A stretch of DNA of 64,000 nt from Azolla caroliniana (taxonomy: Eukaryota; Plantae; Polypodiophyta), in the NCBI GenBank assembly GCA_043228905.1, contig JBHGNT010000021.1:1860001-1924000 (forward strand). Reading direction: 5' to 3'. Of this stretch, positions 38,506-47,900 are shown one piece after another (the first letter of the stretch is position 1; each line of letters opens with the position of its first letter). Both the position numbers and the translations under genes were made by a program. Under the pieces are notes generated by a model, which worked only from the letters and a program-made list of their open reading frames with translations, ran no database searches and was not told where the DNA came from.

Positions 38506-39304
38506 ACGCGGGGGTCTCGAACCAAAGAGCAAGCGAGGGAGGAGAAAGAGAGAGAACCGGCTACGCAGGACCGGGGATACACAGGGACACGGCCCTTCAG
38601 CACGGAGAACGCGAACAGACACCGACACAGACAGATGCTAATGACTAAATATGTATATTAACAAAATGGCTAACACGACTACAACCCTCGATGGGGCACA
38701 GGTTGGTTACAACCGAACAGGCCGGCGAACAGATGCCGATGCCTGTTCACTTCGACGATCAAAGGGGCTGCCGGAAGCACTCGGGCGTTCCTCGAAACAG
38801 CGCGAGCCTCCTCGGAACCCTGCACAGAAAAGCTATGGAGCTCGAGAAGGAAGGAAAACAGAGAGAGAAGCGTCCAGAAACGGTCCGACAGCACTTCGTC
38901 CTCTCCGCGCGAGATGCCTGCAACAGCTCTTTCCTCCTCTTTTTATAGCCCGACGAGCAGGCCGTCATGTCAGCTTTATTCCCTGTCCCTTTTGGACAGG
39001 GATCCGCTCCGTTTTTCACGCATCCGCGTAGTTACGCCGCCGACTCGTACAGTTCGCGCGCGCGACCGAAAAGACTGTTCGCGCGGTCTTTGTCTCCACT
39101 TGAGTTAGGGCCCGTTCCTGCCGATTATCCTCCCAATTAACTTCTATGTACAACTTGGAGCGTGCGCGCGTGAAGAACCGGTTCCCACGCCTTGGTGCGC
39201 CGATTCCGCCTATGGACGGTTTTCTTCACGACATCCGCCCCCACCTAACCGCGCATCCTCCGGTATGCGCCAAGAGAGTTGGGACGGAGAAAACCGGCCC
39301 GTCT

Positions 39305-42300
39305 TCATTCCTCGCCCGTCGGTTCTTCCTCGTTCTCGGATCGTTCGTCACTGCCGACCAGGAGAGCCGGGTCTGGCTCGTCGTCGTGTCGCTTCTTGAA
39401 CGCTTTGATCCGCTTCCCTGCAACCGGTATCGCCATTCTCGTGCCGTCGAGTTCCGCCAGGTGATATGTCCCGTTGTCATTGGCGCTCTGTACCACGTAA
39501 GGCCCGAACCACCTTCGTGCGAACTTCCGTGTAGCTCGGTGCTGGTTGTCGAGGCTGCTATCGTAGACGAGCACCCAGTCACCTTCTTCGATTCTCTTCG
39601 GTCGGAGCCGGTGCGTTCGGTCGAACCTGGCTTTGTTCTTTTTCCTCGCCACTCGGAGCTTCTCCGCAGCCAGTTCCACGTCTTCCGGTCTCCGCTCGAG
39701 CTGTCGTATGCGCGCGGCCAACAACTCCTCCCGGCTCATCTCGTCCCTCCAGTCGACCGTTGCCCACGAGGAGATCGTCCGTTCCATCGGCATGACCGGC
39801 TTCTGGCCGAACATGAGCTCCGTCGGCATGTACCCGGTTACCGAACTGTGCGTGGTCCGGTCCGCCCACAAAGCATAAGGTAGCAGCCGCGGCCAGTTAG
39901 CGACTCGGCCTCTGCATGCCCGAACCAACGCCTTGACGATCGGTCCGTGTCCGCGCTCCACCTTCCCATTCGCCTCCGGATTGTACGCAGTGGTGAGCGA
40001 GAGCTTGACTCCCAGCCGGTCGAACAGCTCCGCGGCTTCTTCGGCGTCCAACTCCCCTCGGTCAGCCACGATCTTCCCGACGCACCCGTACCGGCATATC
40101 ACGTCCTCGATTAGGAACCGGCACACGGCCGCGGTTGTTTTGTTCGAAAGGGCCCGGCCTTCCACCTGGTTCGTCAGATCCTCCCGCGCTAGGACCAGGT
40201 ACCGCATCTGTCCTACCCCCATTGGCATCGTCACCAGATCTACCATCCATTTGAAGTGGATGGTCGGAGGGTGCGTGGGGTGAAGCTCGTCCCGATGTCG
40301 GACTATGGAGTGCATCTGACAGCTCTCGCAAGTTGTCACGAACCGATGCACGTCCTGGTACTGCCTCGGCCACCAATACTTCCCCTTCAGTTTCTCAAAC
40401 GTAGCCCATGTTCCACGGTGTCCAGCCCAAGGGCTGTCGTGGTAGGCCGTCAGCAGCTCCTCCTGTTCTTCCTTCATCGCCACCACCCGGAGCGGAGCGC
40501 CGTCCCTCTTCTTCGGGTGCTTCCATAGATAGCCATCCCGGAGGAAGAACCGGTACGCTTTCTTCCGGATCCGGTTGGCCTCGTCCTTCGTCCATGACGC
40601 ATCGGGCGTCATCGTCTTCAAAAACCCACCGATCTGCAGCCACTCCCCGTCGTACTTGCTCGCGTCGAAGTCGCTAAGCGCCGGAGTGCTTGTTCCGTCG
40701 GTTGTTACATACGCAGTCTCGAAGAAGTCCACGCCGACCTCTTCGTCCTCCGAAACCATGCCGCCCTCGTTATCGAATCTCGCCCTTGAAAGCATGTCGG
40801 CCATGGCGTTGTCTTTCCCGGAAATGTGTCGTATTACCGAGTCTAGGGACTTGATATACGCTATCCACCTGAGCATTGCCAGGTCCGGCGTCGCGCATCC
40901 GGAAACCATGCCGAGAATCGGCATGCAATCCGTCTCTATGATTACCTCCGTCCCGATCAGATAGTCCTTGTCGGCCTTCACCGCCGAAACGATACCCCAG
41001 AGTTCGCGTTTAACCTGGGCGTATCCTCGCTGCCGTTCGCTGAGGACCTTCGCGCCGAATCGGATCGGAAACCAATTGCCGTCCTTGTCTTCTTGGTTGA
41101 CGACCCACCCGATTCCGGTCGGACTCGTGTCAACCGTTATGTACATTGGGGTGCCCTTCCCGTAGACGGCCTTTCGGAGCGCCGGTGCTGCCGAAAGAGC
41201 CTCCTTCAGCTTCCGGACCGACTCCGTGTGCTTGTCTAGCCATTCGAATCTTCGCCCTTTCCTCAGTAATCCGTACAGCGGCTCCGCGACGTGCGCGTAA
41301 TGCGGGATCCATATGTGGTAGAAGGCGCATGCTCCCAAGAATCTTCGTACTTCCGTGACCGAGCTGCATTCAGGCTTCATCGCGGAGATGGCTTCTATCT
41401 TTGCCGGAGACGGTTTCCGGCCATATGGTCCACATAAATGTCCGACCACCATGATTTCCGACTGCCCGAATGCTGACTTCTCCCCCGAGAAGGTGAGCCT
41501 CGCATCCTCTAGCCTTTGTAGCACCTTCTCGCAGTCGTCGATGTGCGTTACCACGAATCGCCGGCATCCGTCCGGCCCGATCGTCTCGTCCTTCTCTTCT
41601 ATCGGGCATCCCTTGATCGGGATGTCGTCTAGAAACGGCATGGTGATGTCCGGGATGCAGTCCCTCAGCACCTTGTTCATTGCATTCACCATGTGGGCCA
41701 CCGAGTTGGTCCCTCCTTGCGGCAGCGTACACATCCGCACTAGGCCGAGGGGAGTTCGCATCGTCGTAATGTCTCTGCTCTCCACGGCTAGCTGGAACTG
41801 GTCGTACCCTGAATATAGATCACCGACCGAGTAAATCGACCTTCCGGCGAAGGCCTCCGCAAACTCGTCTATGGTCGGTCCGATCCCCGCGTTCCGAATG
41901 GTCACCCTATTGACCGGTTGCAGGTCCTGAATGAAGCGCAATGAACCGTTTTTCTTTGGTACCGTAAACCACCGGTTCGAGTACGGGGCGCTCGACGGCT
42001 CGAGAATGCCCATAACAACTTTCTGCTTCAACAGCTCCATCAACTTCGGGATGTGAGCTCTTGGAACCGGAATTGGCTTGAGATTCCACGGTACATGCGG
42101 TACCGTGAATATCACCATCGGCTCTACGATCGTCGGGTCTACGCACCCGATTTCCTCCGGTGAGAATGCGAAGGCTTTCCCGTGCCTTCCGAGCATCCTC
42201 CGAAACCGGTCTTCCTCCACCGGCAGTAGGAACCCGCCCCCACCTATCTTCAGCTCGCGGAGCGTCTCGTGGGTGAAGGTGTGTCCTATGCAGGCCGGAT

Positions 42301-42787
42301 CTCGTAAGCTGGGGTCCGATGCAACCCCTTTGATCCGGGATTCGCTGCCCTCCGGTAAGGGCGCCGCAACCGGCCTCACCTTCCGGTCCACAGTCTTGTA
42401 CTTGGTGCCAACTCGGGCCGTCCGTTCCGACTCGAACCCTCGACCGAAGTCCGCGATGACTTCGTACATTTCTTCTGAACATACCGGTATCGTCCGGTCT
42501 TCGTCAAGGTCTTCTTCGACTACCTTCCCCAGCATTCCCAAGGTGTCGTCGAAGGAGACTGCCTCCACGGCTCCGTTGATTTCTTCGTCAGGGCCGAGAA
42601 CTCCGCACGCTCGAAGTCTCCCCTCCGTCTTTGTTTTCTCTCGGCCGGCGATGCCGACCATCGCACATGCTCCGCTGCCGGAGAAGCAAAATTTCCTACC
42701 TATTGTACACGGTTTTATCGTACAGATGTGGGGTCTTCCCGGAGCATCCGGACTGTCGCGGCCCCACGCCTTGGCAGTCCTCTCTAA
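39305..42787 (-). CDS. pol: pol (RT-RNaseH-integrase) of F; frame open from the slippery site, probably expressed by -1 frameshift
   Basis: 1118-aa ORF plus about 42 upstream open codons. MPFLDDIPI (RT), VDTS/RELWG (RH), HHCC + D,D,E + WFGPY (INT). No chromodomain. Confidence 0.93.
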   Translation of the reverse strand, partial: LERTAKAWGRDSPDAPGRPHICTIKPCTIGRKFCFSGSGACAMVGIAGREKTKTEGRLRACGVLGPDEEINGAVEAVSFDDTLGMLGKVVEEDLDEDRTIPVCSEEMYEVIADFGRGFESERTARVGTKYKTVDRKVRPVAAPLPEGSESRIKGVASDPSLRDPACIGHTFTHETLRELKIGGGGFLLPVEEDRFRRMLGRHGKAFAFSPEEIGCVDPTIVEPMVIFTVPHVPWNLKPIPVPRAHIPKLMELLKQKVVMGILEPSSAPYSNRWFTVPKKNGSLRFIQDLQPVNRVTIRNAGIGPTIDEFAEAFAGRSIYSVGDLYSGYDQFQLAVESRDITTMRTPLGLVRMCTLPQGGTNSVAHMVNAMNKVLRDCIPDITMPFLDDIPIKGCPIEEKDETIGPDGCRRFVVTHIDDCEKVLQRLEDARLTFSGEKSAFGQSEIMVVGHLCGPYGRKPSPAKIEAISAMKPECSSVTEVRRFLGACAFYHIWIPHYAHVAEPLYGLLRKGRRFEWLDKHTESVRKLKEALSAAPALRKAVYGKGTPMYITVDTSPTGIGWVVNQEDKDGNWFPIRFGAKVLSERQRGYAQVKRELWGIVSAVKADKDYLIGTEVIIETDCMPILGMVSGCATPDLAMLRWIAYIKSLDSVIRHISGKDNAMADMLSRARFDNEGGMVSEDEEVGVDFFETAYVTTDGTSTPALSDFDASKYDGEWLQIGGFLKTMTPDASWTKDEANRIRKKAYRFFLRDGYLWKHPKKRDGAPLRVVAMKEEQEELLTAYHDSPWAGHRGTWATFEKLKGKYWWPRQYQDVHRFVTTCESCQMHSIVRHRDELHPTHPPTIHFKWMVDLVTMPMGVGQMRYLVLAREDLTNQVEGRALSNKTTAAVCRFLIEDVICRYGCVGKIVADRGELDAEEAAELFDRLGVKLSLTTAYNPEANGKVERGHGPIVKALVRACRGRVANWPRLLPYALWADRTTHSSVTGYMPTELMFGQKPVMPMERTISSWATVDWRDEMSREELLAARIRQLERRPEDVELAAEKLRVARKKNKARFDRTHRLRPKRIEEGDWVLVYDSSLDNQHRATRKFARRWFGPYVVQSANDNGTYHLAELDGTRMAIPVAGKRIKAFKKRHDDEPDPALLVGSDERSENEEEPTGEE

Positions 42788-42793
42788 AAATCC
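42728..42793 (-). promoter_or_regulatory. Putative -1 ribosomal frameshift element (G GAU UUU plus pseudoknot)
   Basis: Slippery heptamer at the ORF1 stop, stems GGACTG/CAGTCC and GTGGGG/CCCCAC, and a -1 frame open into pol. Confidence 0.75.
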
Positions 42794-44937
42794 TCTCGGT
42801 TTTCGGAACCGAGGGAGTCGCGGTTACGTTCGTGGTTCGGCCGTACCGTCAGAAACTGGACCGAATGGCGCCCGTCTTGGCTTTTGACCCTTGCGTAGGC
42901 CGAACCATTGTCCAGCACCTTGGTCTCCATTCGCGCCGCCGTGATGTACGGCTCTCCCAGTATGACCGGATGCGAAGACGTCTCCTGCACAAAGAAGTGC
43001 TGGTCAATCTCGACGTCGCCGATCTTGACTCGCACATTCGGACAGGCCCCGTGCAGTTCCTCGGTGGCGCGCGTTGCTGCCCTTATTTTCCACCCGTGCT
43101 TGGTGTTGATCGGCCATTTGCCCTTCTTATAGAAGTCCATGGACATCAAATTGATCTCCGATCCGTGGTCCACCAAAGCTATCACCGGTTCCTGGACATC
43201 GCCGATCTTCACCGGGGTTTCCGTGGTCGCTCGGGCCCAATGCGGTCTCGAATAGTGGCTTTCCGCCCACTCGTCTCCCAGCGCCATGTCGTCTAGGTGC
43301 GTCGTCCGCACTTCCACCGGTCTTTCCGGTTCTGTCTCCGTTGACAGCCTCTTCCGTTTCACCAAGTCCACGATGGAGTCGTGGAACTCCTTCTTGGCGA
43401 TTCCCAGCACCTCCCGTAGCGACAGCTCCACCTTGCTGTCGAGGATCCGTTCCTCCAGGACCTTTCGTAAGTCCGTGGTTCTTTCTATCTCCGTCCCCAG
43501 ACGGTACCCGCCCTTCTGGGGTTTATCTTGCGTACCGGCCCCGCCGGCTTCGTCCCGTCGTGGCCCGGACCGGGTCTCGTATCGTTGTGAGGGCCCGGTC
43601 GTCCCGGGTTTCCCCACCCGCTTCTCTTCTACCAGAGCCTCGTAGTTCCGGCAAGCGGCTTCCACGAAGCCCGTCTTTTCCTCGACCGGGTCGCTCCACC
43701 CGGTCATCTCCCGTACCCGTTTCTCCGCACGGTCCGATTCCTCCCTTTTAAGCCCTGCACCGGCAAGGCCTTCCAGCATCGTCGGCCAGAATCCGGCTTT
43801 GCTTTCCTTTCGGGCCTCGCCGCCCCCGACTCGAATGCCGGCCGACGCCGAGTAGTGGACGGTTTCCGCGTGTTGGGCCGCCGCCTCTTCCATCAACCTT
43901 TTCATACCACCTCTTCCGTCGTTTCGGCTCAGGGCCCTTCGGGTGTCGCTGGCATGCACCCGTCCTTCCCACAGGTACACCACCCTATCCCTCAGCGCCT
44001 CCGCGAAGTCGCCGCAGTCCTTCCGAATGTGGCCGACTTCATCGCACCACATGCACCTGTTTCCTGCCGCCGGCCGTCGGTCACGAGCCGGTTCGCCTCC
44101 TTCCCTTCGGGCCTGCGCGATTTGGAGGTCCTTTATCGCCTTCGTCAATTCCTCCAGCGCCGCTCCTCCGGTTGAGCCTCTGACTACGCCGGTCGAAGCC
44201 GAACCGGTTTCCAACCACTCCCGGGTCTCTTCCTTGCGCACCTGTGGCGCTGGTTCGAGCTTCCTTGCTGCGACCGAGCCCGACCCGGTCGCCCCGTTAT
44301 CCGCCCATTCTCGCCGTTTGTCGAAACGGCCACAGACCTTCCTGACAGCCGCCCAGTCGGTAGTGAGCCCGTCTTCGGTCTCCAGCAAGAGGCCCACTTG
44401 CTCCCGATCCCGCTCGTCGACCGACTTGACAAACAGCAAGACCCGGCTCGTGTCCAGGATGGTTCGGTCGAGCGCCGAAAGGCGCGCAAAGTTTTCCTCG
44501 AACTCCCGGAGGAGCGCCGACGCGTTTCTTCCCTTCCCCGGGGACTCCACCCATTCCATGAACCTTCGCTTCGAAAGCCGGAGCGCGTCGTCCAGCCCGT
44601 ATTTCTCTAGGAGCCGACCTTCGAACTCCTCCCAGGTACGGCTCTCCGTCCGCACCTCGAGCACCTCCGCATGGATGCTCGGCATCGCCACTCGGGGAAA
44701 TCCGGCAAGACGCCTTTCTTCCGGAATGTCCCGCATCAGCATCTCTGCACCGTAGGATGCCAAATACTTCGTGGCATCCTTCCCATCGAACCGGCCGATC
44801 GTGCCGACGACCGCCTCAATAGCTCTGTCGAGGGCACCGGTGCTCTCGCGCGCGTTTACAATCCGATCCACGGCCGAAGCCATGGCCTCTGCGAGATCCG
44901 ACCCCCTCATCTTCTGCTCTTCTGTCGCCTCTTTCAC
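42784..44937 (-). CDS. gag: gag-protease polyprotein of F (717 aa)
   Basis: CMWCDEVGHIRKDC knuckle and protease ALVDHGSEINLM. Ends G GAT TTT TAG. Confidence 0.92.
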   Translation of the reverse strand: MKEATEEQKMRGSDLAEAMASAVDRIVNARESTGALDRAIEAVVGTIGRFDGKDATKYLASYGAEMLMRDIPEERRLAGFPRVAMPSIHAEVLEVRTESRTWEEFEGRLLEKYGLDDALRLSKRRFMEWVESPGKGRNASALLREFEENFARLSALDRTILDTSRVLLFVKSVDERDREQVGLLLETEDGLTTDWAAVRKVCGRFDKRREWADNGATGSGSVAARKLEPAPQVRKEETREWLETGSASTGVVRGSTGGAALEELTKAIKDLQIAQARREGGEPARDRRPAAGNRCMWCDEVGHIRKDCGDFAEALRDRVVYLWEGRVHASDTRRALSRNDGRGGMKRLMEEAAAQHAETVHYSASAGIRVGGGEARKESKAGFWPTMLEGLAGAGLKREESDRAEKRVREMTGWSDPVEEKTGFVEAACRNYEALVEEKRVGKPGTTGPSQRYETRSGPRRDEAGGAGTQDKPQKGGYRLGTEIERTTDLRKVLEERILDSKVELSLREVLGIAKKEFHDSIVDLVKRKRLSTETEPERPVEVRTTHLDDMALGDEWAESHYSRPHWARATTETPVKIGDVQEPVIALVDHGSEINLMSMDFYKKGKWPINTKHGWKIRAATRATEELHGACPNVRVKIGDVEIDQHFFVQETSSHPVILGEPYITAARMETKVLDNGSAYARVKSQDGRHSVQFLTVRPNHERNRDSLGSENREDF

Positions 44938-44950
44938 GTCGGGTTCACCA
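44933..44950 (-). promoter_or_regulatory. tRNA-Trp primer-binding site (also in A, B, C, D, E, H)
   Basis: TGGTGAACCCGACGTGAA is complementary to the 3' end of plant cytosolic tRNA-Trp (...UUCACGUCGGGUUCACCA, recalled from memory). Confidence 0.85.
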
Positions 44951-47900
44951 AAAATGTCGAGATATTACGCAAGTGCGTGCGGAATCGAGGCGGGACCGCG
45001 GGGGTCTCGAACCAAAGAGCAAGCGAGGGAGGAGAAAGAGAGAGAACCGGCTACGCAGGACCGGGGATACACAGGGACACGGCCCTTCAGCACGGAGAAC
45101 GCGAACAGACACCGACACAGACAGATGCTAATGACTAAATATGTATATTAACAAAATGGCTAACACGACTACAACCCTCGATGGGGCACAGGTTGGTTAC
45201 AACCGAACAGGCCGGCGAACAGATGCCGATGCCTGTTCACTTCGACGATCAAAGGGGCTGCCGGAAGCACTCGGGCGTTCCTCGAAACAGCGCGAGCCTC
45301 CTCGGAACCCTGCACAGAAAAGCTATGGAGCTCGAGAAGGAAGGAAAACAGAGAGAGAAGCGTCCAGAAACGGTCCGACAGCACTTCGTCCTCTCCGCGC
45401 GAGATGCCTGCAACAGCTCTTTCCTCCTCTTTTTATAGCCCGACGAGCAGGCCGTCATGTCAGCTTTATTCCCTGTCCCTTTTGGACAGGGATCCGCTCC
45501 GTTTTTCACGCATCCGCGTAGTTACGCCGCCGACTCGTACAGTTCGCGCGCGCGACCGAAAAGACTGTTCGCGCGGTCTTTGTCTCCACTTGAGTTAGGG
45601 CCCGTTCCTGCCGATTATCCTCCCAATTAACTTCTATGTACAACTTGGAGCGTGCGCGCGTGAAGAACCGGTTCCCACGCCTTGGTGCGCCGATTCCGCC
45701 TATGGACGGTTTTCTTCACGACAACGTACCCTCCGACCATCCACTTCAAATGGATGGTAGACCTGGTAACGATGCCGATAGGAGTAGGACAGATGCGGTA
45801 TCTGGTCCTGGCTCGGGAAGATCTAACGAACCAGGTGGAAGGCCGGGCCCTTCAGAACAAAACGACTGTGGCCGTATGTCGGTTCCTGCTCGAGGACGTA
45901 ATATGCCGGTACGGGTGCGTCGGGAAGATCGTGGCTGATCGCGGGGAGTTGGACGCCGAAGAGGCCGAGGAGCTGTTCGACCGGCTAGGAGTCAAGCTCT
46001 CGCTTACCACTGCGTACAATCCGGAGGCGAATGGAAAGGTGGAGCGCGGACACGGACCGATAGTCAAGGCGTTAGTTCGGGCATGCGGAGGTCGAGTCGG
46101 GAACTGGCCGCGGCTATTGCCTTACGCGTTGTGGGCTGACCGGACTACGCACAGTTCGGTAACCGGATTCATGCCGGCAGAGCTCATGTTTGGGCAGAAG
46201 CCGATCATGCCAATCGAATGTACGGTCTCCTCATGGGCAACCGTGGACTGGAGAGACGAGATGAGCCGGGAGGAACTATTGACGGCGCGCATACGACAGC
46301 TCGAGCGGAGATCGGAGGACGTGGAGCAGGCTGCGGAAAAGCTTCGGGAAGCAAGGATGAGGAACAAAGCCTGGTTCGACCGAACACACCGGCTCCGACC
46401 GAAGAAGATCGAGGAAGGCGACTGGGTGCTAGTCTACGACAGCAGCCTCGACAACCAGCACCGAGCGACACGGAAGTTCGCAAGAAGGTGATTCGGGCCT
46501 TATGTGGTACAAAGCGCCAATGACAACGGGATGTACCATCTGGCGGAACTCGACAGTACGAGAATGACGATACCGGTAGCTGGGAAGCGGATCAAGACGT
46601 TCAAGAAGCGTCACGACGACGAGCCGGATCAGGTTGACTTGGACCGCGACGACGAGCGATCTGAAACCGAGGAAGAACCGACGGGCGGGGAAGGAAGGCT
46701 GGACCGGTTTTCTCCGTCCAAACACAATTTGGCGCATGCCGGTGGATGCGCGGTTAGGTGGGGGCGGATGTCGTGAAGAAAACCGTCCACAAGCGGAATC
46801 GGTGTACCGGAGCGTAGAAACCGACTCTTCATGCACGTGCGCCTTAAGTTGTACATAGGAGATCCTAGGTAGATTCGGTAGGTAGGGAGTAAAGGGGAAA
46901 CGGCTCCTTCCTTGCCTATAAAAGGAGGGAGACGAGGAGAGTAAGGGGATCGCGGAGAGTCGAGGACGAAGTGCTGTCGGATTGGGCGCGAAGGCTTCTC
47001 TCTCTCTCTCTGGTTCGCAGACTCCATAGCTTCCTTCTGTGCAGGTTTCGGGAGGCTCGCGCTGCTCTGAGGAATGCCCGAGTGCTTCCGGCAGCACCTC
47101 CAACTTGTTCCTGTCTTTCTGTGCGTTTACGAACAGGTATCGGCATCTGTCCGCCGGCCTGTTCGGTTGTAACCGACTTCGTGTCTTGTTGTCTTCGTGT
47201 TCTTGTTGTTTGTCTTGTCAATACATACATACTTTCGTGTCTTTCTGTGTCGTTGTCCCACTCGCGTCTTTGCGTCGAAGGGCCGTGTCCCTGTGAATCT
47301 ACGCTCGCACATAGTGGGTCTCTCTCTCTCTCTCTCTCTCTCTTACTCTTCGGTACAGGACCCCCGAGGTCCCGCCTCACTCCACGCATCCGCGAGGAAT
47401 ACCTCGACACCGAGACATCACAACCATGCGAACACCGATAGGATTAGTCTGAATGTGCACACTACCACAAGGAGCGACAAACTCGGTTGCTCATATGATG
47501 AACGCGATGAACAAGGTGCTTTGAGACTGCATTCCGGAGATAACGATGCCGTTCCTCGATGACATTCCGATGAAAGGATGCGCGGTAGAAGAAAAAGATG
47601 AGACTATGGATGATCGGGGATGCCGAAAGTTCGTGGTCGACCATATTCATGATTGCGAGAAAGTGTTGCGAAAGCTAGAAGATGTGCACCTAACACTTTC
47701 CGGGGAGAAATCGGAATTCGGGCAAGAAGAAATATTGGTGGTCGGACTTCTATGTGGGCCCTACGGCCGAAGACCGTCACCAACAAAGATCGATGCGATT
47801 CAAGCTATGGAGGAAGTATGCGAGTCAACATCCGAAGTCCGAAGGTTTCTCGGTGCATGTGCATTCTATCACATATGGATTCCGCACTATGCACATATAG

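Larger units (their letters stand above)
38506..45723 (-). mobile_element. Ty3/gypsy element F: intact, youngest autonomous copy
   Basis: LTRs 44955-45723 and <38506-39233, identical by eye. Trp PBS at 44933-44950. PPT at 39234-39250. Both ORFs are open. Inserted at ACGT in the integrase of E. Confidence 0.95.
36413..47409 (+). mobile_element. Ty3/gypsy element E (main family; contains F and the assembly gap)
   Basis: LTRs 36413-37057 and 46769-47409 (about 4 substitutions plus a CT-repeat length difference). TSD CCGA. Trp PBS at 37062-37079. gag at 37075-38394. INT at 45724-46730 with a TGA at 46489. Confidence 0.92.

Noticed and set aside
38395-38520. Apparent direct fusion of E gag to the F LTR, and a stop at 38392
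   Set aside because: It spans the N gap and contig-end bases are unreliable, so it is not evidence of a biological deletion.
42078-42887. Long antisense ORFs repeated in sister copies (e.g. 269 aa here and at 62187-62996; 270 aa at 43943-44755)
   Set aside because: These are shadows of GC-rich coding sequence. They recur because the copies are nearly identical, they are broken differently in A and B, and they show no domain signal.
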